Source: an uncultured Bacteroidia bacterium
Lineage (GTDB): Bacteria > Bacteroidota > Bacteroidia > Bacteroidales > UBA932
Assembly: GCA_902803535.1 (NCBI GenBank)
Contig: CADCQP010000087.1
Location: 1-52,046, forward strand
Direction: 5' to 3'
DNA: 52,046 nt
Position 1 is the first letter of the stretch, and every line of letters starts with the position of its first letter. Positions 45,234-52,046 of this stretch are shown piece after piece. Both the position numbers and the translations under genes were made by a program. The notes under the pieces are model-generated. The model ran no database searches. It had not been told where the DNA came from and saw nothing but the letters and a program-made list of their open reading frames with translations.

Positions 45234-45661
45234 AACAACAGGGCGATCTTCTCCAGGCAGGTCTTGTCCACTTCGTCGAAATTATCCAGGTTCTCGCTGT
45301 CAATGTCCAGGACTCCCGTGACGTTTCCCCCGGAGTCCCTCAGTGGAATCACGATCTCGGAGCGGGAGAGGCTGCTGCAGGCGATATGGCCCGGAAACTC
45401 TTCTACATCAGGGACTACTATGGTCCGGTTCTCGGCCCATGATGTTCCGCAGACCCCTTTGCCTTTACGTATCATCTCGCATGCGGGAGGCCCGGAGAAC
45501 GGTCCGAGCACAAGCCTGTCATCATCAACGAAGTAGAATCCTGTCCACAGGAATCCCATCGTCCCGTTGATTTCCCTGCAGGCGTCCTCCATGAAGGAAC
45601 TGTCCCTGGGTGCCAGGGATAGCCTCTTGTACAGGGCCTCGTATTTTCCTTCTTTGGACAT
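45230..45661 (-). CDS. msrC: GAF-domain protein, free methionine-R-sulfoxide reductase-like
   Basis: WTGFY, LGPFSGPPAC, GKGVCG, VPDVEEFPGHIAC, SEIVIP and VLDIDS match the YebR/fRMsr pattern. Confidence 0.85.
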   Translation of the reverse strand: MSKEGKYEALYKRLSLAPRDSSFMEDACREINGTMGFLWTGFYFVDDDRLVLGPFSGPPACEMIRKGKGVCGTSWAENRTIVVPDVEEFPGHIACSSLSRSEIVIPLRDSGGNVTGVLDIDSENLDNFDEVDKTCLEKIALLF

Positions 45662-45687
45662 ATGCCTTGTTTCAGCGTGGCAATGTG

Positions 45688-46140
45688 TCAGTCATCTATC
45701 CTTGTTCCGATGTATCTGGTCGGATAGTCCGCAATCTGGACTGTGAATGAGATGCCTCCTTTGCTGGTGATCAGTCCGGCAAGTGATTTTGATGTGTATT
45801 TTTCAACAGGCTTGGGACCCATGGTAGGGACTACGGTGTCGATGAAGAAGGTGATGTTGTCTTTGGATTTGGTATAGGGGACATTCGGGAATGTCACGTC
45901 AATGGTGACGGGCATTTTGGGAACGAACTTGATGCTGTGTATAGTGATGTCAAGCAAGCCTTCTGAGGCTTCTTCAACTTCGACAATTATGTCATTGTTG
46001 TCGAAAGTCGCCCCCTCGTAGTCAACGCTTACGGTTCCTTTGAAAGTTTGATCGTCGAAGTCCTGGTCTGCGTCGGGTTCGCAGGAACACATGATCATGG
46101 CAAGGCCCATGCACAGAATAGTGTAGATTTTCTTCATCAT
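45688..46140 (-). CDS. Calycin/lipocalin-like lipoprotein
   Basis: Lipobox IMCSC and a beta-rich body with IKFVPKMPVTIDVT. It lies directly downstream of a TonB receptor. Confidence 0.65.
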   Translation of the reverse strand: MMKKIYTILCMGLAMIMCSCEPDADQDFDDQTFKGTVSVDYEGATFDNNDIIVEVEEASEGLLDITIHSIKFVPKMPVTIDVTFPNVPYTKSKDNITFFIDTVVPTMGPKPVEKYTSKSLAGLITSKGGISFTVQIADYPTRYIGTRIDD

Positions 46141-46143
46141 TAT

Positions 46144-46168
46144 TAAGGTTATAAGGTTATAAGGTTAT
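46144..46168. repeat. 8-bp tandem repeat x3 (TAAGGTTA)
   Basis: taaggtta taaggtta taaggtta t, spanning the receptor stop codon and the spacer before the lipoprotein gene. Confidence 0.85.
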
Positions 46169-48367
46169 TCTCAATCCTAAGTGCCACCGGAACGGCTTCT
46201 CGATCTGGAAAAAACTGTTCCCCACTGATTTAAAGTAAAAAACAGGATTCCGGGTGCAGGTCAGGTTATCAAATCTTCCAAAGATAGTAATTTTATTGAA
46301 TTTCAGAGCGAAATCTGCACCAAGTGATCCATGCAGACTGCCGTAGAGGCTGTTGTCTTCGTTCCACCAGATCTTCCCCCGCGCATTCCAGTCCGAGCCG
46401 ATTATGATATCCTGCAGCTTTCCTTGCAATGCGAAGGCATATGATGCCCTGACATAGACAGTATGCTGGGGCGCCAGCGGTATGTGCTTGCCTGAATAGT
46501 CCGTGTTCCCGTCATCGTATTCGTCGAAAACGGCATTTGCAAAACCATATGAAGCATTGATGTCCAATCCTTTCCATGCTAAGGACATCATGGCTTCAAG
46601 TCCGCATGAATGAGACCTCCCGGCATTTCTCATCATCCTTCCGGTCGTCTTTCCCGGGGGGAAGACGGTTATCTGCTGGTCGTGGCAGTCAATGTAGAAA
46701 ACCGAAGATGATGCGTCCAGCCTGAAGTCGCGGTCTTCCCGTGAATATTTCACTCCGGCTTCTGCATTATGGCTGGATTCCGGCTTGTAAACCGTGTTCC
46801 CGGCTGTTACATCCTGGTCTGTAATGTGGACACCGTACTGCTCTGTCATGATCCGGTTCTGCAGTATGTCAGAAAAGATCTGTGTATTGAATCCACCCGC
46901 CTTGTAACCTTTCGCCCCGTATATGAACACCTTCAGGTCATGTCCATCCTTCAGGGGGAAATCATATACGGCCGAAACCTTGGGCAGGAATTCGAGATAG
47001 TTGTTACCTATACCGCCTTTGTAGGAAGTGCGTGTCTGACGGTAATCCTCACCGGTAAAGTCGCGCTCGAGGGGAATCGTGGCAATATTTATGGTCGCGT
47101 TTGAATCATATGACATGTAGTTCCCCTCGTAATCCAGGCGTACGCCGGCTGTAAGGAGCCACCTGCCGAAGGTGAAGCGCGATTCGTGGTACAGGGCCAG
47201 GTTGTAGGTAGAGATCAGGAAGTCACTGTATATAGGGAATTCATCCTCCAGGAAATCAGTTTTGTAGCCTATCATTCCGAGCCCGTTGTTCGCGTTGGAA
47301 AGGATCAGCGCATCGATTCCGTCGCTGCGGAAAGTCACGGGGGCTTCCATGTGATTGTGCTTGTAGAAACCGAAAAGTCCGCTCTGGCTGTCCCACCATT
47401 CGGGATGTTTTTCCGGCCTGAGGATGATTTCCTGGGTCAGTGTCCATTGTTTCTGGCTCTGCCTCAAGGTGAACATGTCGGCGGTCGTGAAGTCCTGGTC
47501 CATGTCCATCCTGTCATGAAGGAGCTGCAGGCTGCTTATGCTTCCGATTGACAGCCCCGGGAGGTATATGTCGAATTTAGCCCCCTCCACAAGGGACTGC
47601 CTGGAGTAGTGAGACCTGCGGTTATAGTTTACAGGAAGCAGCTTCCCGTCAATATATTGCCTATATGGATACCCTCCTTCTCCAAGTAAGTTTGCGCTCA
47701 GGATGTTTTCAAACCTGACCCGGGGGGAGATGTCCTTGCTGAAACGGATCCTGGCTGACATGGAATTCCCGTTGTCTTTGCTGCCATCGAATTCGTTTGT
47801 GTAGAATCCGTCACTATGGTTGTAGGCCAGTGCGGCGCACCAGTTGTCAGAATAGTGGGAGGCTTTTGCCAGGAAGCCGTTGGCAGCTCCGTACCTGAGT
47901 TCAGCGAATGTGCCTTCAAGGTCCCCTGGCGCCAGGGTGGTCAGGGAAAGGAGTCCCGTCATGGAGTTCCTTCCGAACAGGGTCCCCTGTGGCCCGCTCA
48001 GGAAATCGGCCCTCCTGATATCCAGAAACTGGACGTCATATGCATTCTTGTCCATTACCGGAATGTCATCTATGTACAGGCCTATGACAGGATTGTCGAT
48101 CCTGGAACCGAACCCCCTCATGTAAATAGATGAGGTCATGCTGGAACCGTAGTCGGGCATGTTCAGGTTGGGAACTATCCCGCTGAGCGTTTTCGGGGCT
48201 GTCAATCCTCTCTGGTTGATGTCGTCCATGAAGATGGATGCGGTAAGCGAGGCGGTCTGGGCCAGCGGAACAGCCAGTTTAGACGAGGCCGTGACCCTCG
48301 ATTCGCTGAGGGTGTCGGTAATGGGCGTTGTCATCAACGCGAGGCCTGTCAGGATGGTTGCAAGCAT
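46157..48367 (-). CDS. TonB-dependent outer-membrane receptor
   Basis: Plug motifs VPNLNMPDYGS, YMRGFG, LYIDD and LSGPQGTLFGRNSMTG. Barrel motifs KGYKAGGFN, YKPE and NAG. Confidence 0.92.
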   Translation of the reverse strand: MLATILTGLALMTTPITDTLSESRVTASSKLAVPLAQTASLTASIFMDDINQRGLTAPKTLSGIVPNLNMPDYGSSMTSSIYMRGFGSRIDNPVIGLYIDDIPVMDKNAYDVQFLDIRRADFLSGPQGTLFGRNSMTGLLSLTTLAPGDLEGTFAELRYGAANGFLAKASHYSDNWCAALAYNHSDGFYTNEFDGSKDNGNSMSARIRFSKDISPRVRFENILSANLLGEGGYPYRQYIDGKLLPVNYNRRSHYSRQSLVEGAKFDIYLPGLSIGSISSLQLLHDRMDMDQDFTTADMFTLRQSQKQWTLTQEIILRPEKHPEWWDSQSGLFGFYKHNHMEAPVTFRSDGIDALILSNANNGLGMIGYKTDFLEDEFPIYSDFLISTYNLALYHESRFTFGRWLLTAGVRLDYEGNYMSYDSNATINIATIPLERDFTGEDYRQTRTSYKGGIGNNYLEFLPKVSAVYDFPLKDGHDLKVFIYGAKGYKAGGFNTQIFSDILQNRIMTEQYGVHITDQDVTAGNTVYKPESSHNAEAGVKYSREDRDFRLDASSSVFYIDCHDQQITVFPPGKTTGRMMRNAGRSHSCGLEAMMSLAWKGLDINASYGFANAVFDEYDDGNTDYSGKHIPLAPQHTVYVRASYAFALQGKLQDIIIGSDWNARGKIWWNEDNSLYGSLHGSLGADFALKFNKITIFGRFDNLTCTRNPVFYFKSVGNSFFQIEKPFRWHLGLRITL

Positions 48368-48514
48368 TGTCTTTTATTGGGGCCCGAAGATACGCATAAC
48401 TGACGGTTCATACAATATTTAAGCGTTTTTGCGTGGCGCACGGCTCTTGTTTATAACGAATTATCATTATAATTTTGTATTACGGGAATAACCTTTAACT
48501 GCGCAGATCAAACC

Positions 48515-49417
48515 ATGTGGTCCAAACCTTGGAAAATGAAGGAAGGCAGCGTCATATGCCTGTGCCTGTTTGTGATCGGAATCATCCTCCAGCTATGTGC
48601 CGGACCTCTGGACTGGGAAGTGTTCTCGTGGCCGGTCAACCTGCTGGTCCTGGCCTGTTTCCTGGGTTTGTCGGTCCTTGCGTTCCTGTTCCGGAAGAAA
48701 GTGTATTTCTTCGAGTTCATGGGAAGCCTTAAGGCTGCGGTCCCCTCGATGATGTTCGTGTGCGGGATTACGGTCATAATGGGCCTGACCCGGCAGAATG
48801 AGTCTGCCGATGCCCCTGCCGGGCTCCTCGGTTTCTCCAGGATGCTTTCCAGCTGGCCGTTCGTCCTCCTTTACCTGTGGATGGCCCTGATAGTCTGCCA
48901 GGCTGTGCTGAAGGAGGGAACCAATTGGAAATGGAGACGCTTACCGGCATTCGCCTTCCATCTCGGTCTCCTGCTGGTCCTTCTGTGCGGGTCCCTCGGC
49001 AGCGCTGAAATGTCGATGCTGTCAATGACAGTCAATGACAGGACTCCCGAAAAGAAGGCGGTCGATGAATCCGGAAAAGAGCACGAACTTCCAATTTCTA
49101 TCCAGCTCAGGGACTTTGACATCAGGGAAGATTCCCCAGGGCGTATACAGTATCTCGCCGATATAAGCATATGGACCCGCAGCGGCAGGGGAGAGTCTGC
49201 TGTCCTTTCGGTGAACAATCCTTTCAAGATTGACGGCCGGAAGATTTATCTGAGTGATTTTGATGAATCCAAGGGGGCTGAAAGCGACACGTGCACGCTT
49301 GAGGTAGTCAGCGATCCGTGGTTGCCGGGGGTGTATGCCGGAATCTATTTGATGCTCCTGGGCGCTGCGTGCATGATTTTTATGAGAAAATCAAGCGAAA
49401 AGCAGGGAACTGAGTAA
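48515..49417 (+). CDS. Cytochrome c biogenesis protein, ResB/Ccs1-like
   Basis: Bacteroidales-type N-terminus MWSKPWKMKEG, MLSSWPFVLLY, a conserved TM His (FHLG), SVNNPF, and C-terminal DPWLPGVYAGIYLMLLGA. A -7 element lies at 48470-48477. Confidence 0.75.
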   Translation: MWSKPWKMKEGSVICLCLFVIGIILQLCAGPLDWEVFSWPVNLLVLACFLGLSVLAFLFRKKVYFFEFMGSLKAAVPSMMFVCGITVIMGLTRQNESADAPAGLLGFSRMLSSWPFVLLYLWMALIVCQAVLKEGTNWKWRRLPAFAFHLGLLLVLLCGSLGSAEMSMLSMTVNDRTPEKKAVDESGKEHELPISIQLRDFDIREDSPGRIQYLADISIWTRSGRGESAVLSVNNPFKIDGRKIYLSDFDESKGAESDTCTLEVVSDPWLPGVYAGIYLMLLGAACMIFMRKSSEKQGTE

Positions 49418-49455
49418 AAACGGAATCAAATTTGCATTGAGTTCGGAAATTTTTT

Positions 49456-49995
49456 ATGACCATGAAAAAATATGCAGTTATCGTAGTTGACATGCTCAAC
49501 GACTTTGTGACAGGCCCCATCGCCTCACCCCGTGTACACCATATCATCGAACCCATCAAGGAATTGTGCGACCATGCCCGTTCCAAGGGGATGCCGGTTG
49601 TCTATGCCAATGACTGCCACACTCCGGAAGTTGACAAGGAATTCCGTGTGTGGGGACCACACGCCGTCGAAGGCACACATGGCGCAGAGGTGATTGAGGA
49701 ACTCAAGCCGCAGGCAGGAGATGTCATCATCCCCAAGAAGACCTACAGTGCTTTCTTCCAGACTCCTCTCGACCTGATCCTCAGGGAACTGGGAGTTGAC
49801 ACGGTCGTAGTCACCGGCTGGCAGGCAGACTGCTGCTGCCGTCACACTTCGGCAGACGCTTTCTTCCGTGGCTTTGACATCATATTCCCCAGGGAGACTA
49901 CTGACACCGACACCGAGGAAGGCTATGTCGGAGCCCTCAAGTACGTCGAGAAGATCTACGGAGCCAAAGTCTGCAGTGTTAAAGACCTGTATTGA
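49456..49995 (+). CDS. Isochorismatase/nicotinamidase-family cysteine hydrolase
   Basis: VDMLNDF (Asp), NDCH..WGPH (metal ligands), KKTYSAF (Lys) and GWQADCCCRHT (Cys). Confidence 0.9.
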   Translation: MTMKKYAVIVVDMLNDFVTGPIASPRVHHIIEPIKELCDHARSKGMPVVYANDCHTPEVDKEFRVWGPHAVEGTHGAEVIEELKPQAGDVIIPKKTYSAFFQTPLDLILRELGVDTVVVTGWQADCCCRHTSADAFFRGFDIIFPRETTDTDTEEGYVGALKYVEKIYGAKVCSVKDLY

Positions 49996-51158
49996 TCCGC
50001 ACGATATTCCACATTGACGTCAATTCCGCCTTCCTCTCATGGACGGCGGTCAAGATGATTTCGCAGGGACAGCCGGATGTACGGCTTGTCCCTGCCGTCG
50101 TTTCCGGCGACCCTGACGACCGGCGCAGCATAGTAACCGCGAAGTCCATCCCTGCGAAGAAATTCGGGATCAACACCGCCGAGCCTTTGAGCATGGCGCT
50201 CAGGAAATGTCCCGGACTGATAGTGGTCCATTCCGACTTCGGATGGTACAAGGAATGCTCCCGGGGCTTCATAGCCATATGCAGGAATTATTCTCCCGTC
50301 CTGCAGCAGTTCTCCATCGATGAATGTTTCCTCGACATGACTTTCCGGCTTTTCGGCCGGGACCCGGTAGAAGTCGCCGGTGAACTCAAGGATGAGATTT
50401 ACAAGACACTTGGTTTTACTGTCAATGTCGGGGTAGCGCACAATAAGCTGCTGGCCAAGATGGCCTCCGATTTCGAGAAGCCGGACAAGGTGCACACCCT
50501 GTGGGAGGATGAAATTCCGTCGAAGATGTGGCCGCTTCCCGTGAGGGACCTGCTGTGGGTAGGCAAGCAGACAGAGGCAAAGCTGACTTCATATGGCATA
50601 AATACCATAGGCGAACTAGCCAAGACTCCGGAGACCTACCTGGCGAGGATGTTGGGAGATAAGTTCGGGCATCAGATACATCTGAGTGCCAATGGGATAG
50701 ATGACTCTCCGGTGGTAACCGAAGCTGATGAGCCCAAGAGCTACAGCAATGAGCATACGCTCCCCAAAGACCTTACCGACCCGGAGCAGGTGGATCGCAT
50801 CCTTTTCAACCTGGCCTGCCATGTGGGCTACCGCATCAGGAGGGATAATTTTTATGCCAGGGGAGTGTCTGTCTTCGTAAAGGACAAGGATTTCCACACT
50901 GTCTCACGCCAGGGACAGATGCCCCAGCCTACGAATGTCACCGCGCTTATCCTGTTCGCCGCCCGTGGCCTTCTTTCGCAGATATGGTCGGGAGGGACCC
51001 CGATCCGGCAGGTCGGACTAGGGGTGTTCAACCTGTCACATGAGTCTTTCTACCAGCTGTCCCTCTTCGAGGATGAGAAAATGGACTATTACCGGAAGTG
51101 GGATGAAGAATATGACAGTAAACAGCCAAAAGGCGGCGGAAGGCACTTCTCTGGCTAG
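49992..51158 (+). CDS. dinB: DNA polymerase IV (Y family)
   Basis: TTG start overlapping the upstream stop. Motifs FHIDVNSAF, SIDECFLD, NKLLAKMASDFEKPD and LLWVG, with a QLSLF clamp-binding motif. Confidence 0.92.
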   Translation: MIRTIFHIDVNSAFLSWTAVKMISQGQPDVRLVPAVVSGDPDDRRSIVTAKSIPAKKFGINTAEPLSMALRKCPGLIVVHSDFGWYKECSRGFIAICRNYSPVLQQFSIDECFLDMTFRLFGRDPVEVAGELKDEIYKTLGFTVNVGVAHNKLLAKMASDFEKPDKVHTLWEDEIPSKMWPLPVRDLLWVGKQTEAKLTSYGINTIGELAKTPETYLARMLGDKFGHQIHLSANGIDDSPVVTEADEPKSYSNEHTLPKDLTDPEQVDRILFNLACHVGYRIRRDNFYARGVSVFVKDKDFHTVSRQGQMPQPTNVTALILFAARGLLSQIWSGGTPIRQVGLGVFNLSHESFYQLSLFEDEKMDYYRKWDEEYDSKQPKGGGRHFSG

Positions 51159-51586
51159 AACTCGTAAAGGTTGAGGCCGGTTTCTTCGTCGTACTTCCTT
51201 CCCGCCTTGACTTCCAGGTCCTCGATGAACAGTTCACAGGCTCCGCTTATGGTGGCATCAAGCAGATGGCCTCCGATGCAGCTGCAGTCATTCCTTCCGA
51301 AAACCGCGTGGATGTGGAGGTAGACCTCCCCGTCCTTCATGGAAACGTTCCCGGTCAGGGAAGCGATCTCCATCTGCTCGGCGAATACATGGTCCTCATA
51401 TTTCTTGGTCACTGGGCTGTAGTAGCGGATTACGGCCTTGCTGACAGCTCCCAGTCCGCGGATCTCTCCGCTTATGATTCCGGTCCTTTTGCAGAATGCC
51501 GTGATGGCAGGTACGATGTCCTGGTGGTTGTCGACACTCAATACATATGTGGAGGAGTTGCCGGGGCTTACTGTGTATTTGTACAT
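51155..51586 (-). CDS. PPC/DUF296-domain protein
   Basis: Motifs GLGAV, EIASLTGNVS, YLHIH and GGHL. The start at 51586 is preferred over 51637. Confidence 0.88.
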   Translation of the reverse strand: MYKYTVSPGNSSTYVLSVDNHQDIVPAITAFCKRTGIISGEIRGLGAVSKAVIRYYSPVTKKYEDHVFAEQMEIASLTGNVSMKDGEVYLHIHAVFGRNDCSCIGGHLLDATISGACELFIEDLEVKAGRKYDEETGLNLYEF

Positions 51587-51657
51587 GTTGTCGTGTTTTC
51601 TTACAAGATAGCGATATTTTTTGATAATTTTGTGCATATGATTAAAACGCCTGTGAT

Positions 51658-52046
51658 ATGAAAGAATTGGTGTGCCCCCATTGCGGAAAGACTTTTACTG
51701 TGGATGAGGCCGGATATGCCCAGCTGCTCTCCCAGGTCAGGAACAGTGCATTCAAGGAAGAACTTGAACGCAGGATCGCGGATATGCATGCTGCGGAGCA
51801 GGCCCGTCAGCAGGTCGCGTTGATGAAGTCGGAAATGACTTACAAAGAGACTGTTGCGGAACTCAACAGGCAGCTCCAGTCCCAGAAGGAAGCTTCCATG
51901 GTCAGGGAGAAGGGACTAATGGACAGGTACGAGACTGAACTGAAACAGCAGAAAGAGCTGGTGGAATATTACAAGGACTTCAAGGCCCGGATGTCCACCA
52001 AGATGGTAGGGGAGTCGCTGGAGGTGCATTGCCGCAATGAATTCGA
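51658..52046 (+). CDS. DUF2130-domain protein, partial (runs off the 3' end)
   Basis: MKELVCPHCGKTFTVDEAGYAQLLSQVR...VEYYKDFKARMSTKMVGESLEVHCRNEF, open to the end of the window. A -7 element TAATTTTG lies at 51625-51632. Confidence 0.85.
   Translation, partial: MKELVCPHCGKTFTVDEAGYAQLLSQVRNSAFKEELERRIADMHAAEQARQQVALMKSEMTYKETVAELNRQLQSQKEASMVREKGLMDRYETELKQQKELVEYYKDFKARMSTKMVGESLEVHCRNEF

Noticed and set aside
1-52046. tRNA, rRNA, CRISPR array, riboswitch
   Set aside because: None was recognised. Intergenic spaces are short and show no repeat-spacer periodicity. An Infernal/Rfam scan would be needed to exclude small RNAs.

Overview
A compact, gene-dense 52-kb bacterial chromosomal window of moderately high GC. 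It is almost certainly from a Bacteroidales anaerobe: TAnnTTTG -7 promoter elements precede many genes, and it carries TonB-dependent receptors, a FimB/Mfa2-like lipoprotein and Bacteroidota-type Tgt and ObgE. It holds about 50 CDSs; I found no rRNA, tRNA, CRISPR array, transposase or integrase. In order: glycan enzymes (partial lyase-like gene, GH2); a rhodanese-TlpA fusion; an ssb/OmpA-TPR/FimB operon divergent from a Zn-ribbon gene; housekeeping genes (nucleoside permease, tgt-lptF/G-dut-murF, PAP2, obgE); GH36-like enzyme, S9 peptidase and MBL hydrolase; a Gfo/Idh/MocA-DUF6807-DAG kinase-LtaS-like operon; a five-gene heterodisulfide-reductase-like operon (HdrC, HdrB, short HdrA, ferredoxin-like protein, membrane HdrD/F-like protein) translationally coupled to a UmuC-like polymerase and a YolD-like gene; DUF362; porin-MgtC; msrA-hemerythrin-LuxR; AraC; two TonB receptors; SDR; rmuC; ThrE; an unannotated 42-aa ORF behind a perfect palindrome; MsrC-like GAF protein; orphan ResB; cysteine hydrolase-dinB; DUF296; and a partial DUF2130 gene. 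The best candidate for an uncharacterised system is the membrane-anchored, sHdr-like Hdr complex at 27.4-32.3 kb. All family assignments come from recognising motifs by eye; no database searches were run.
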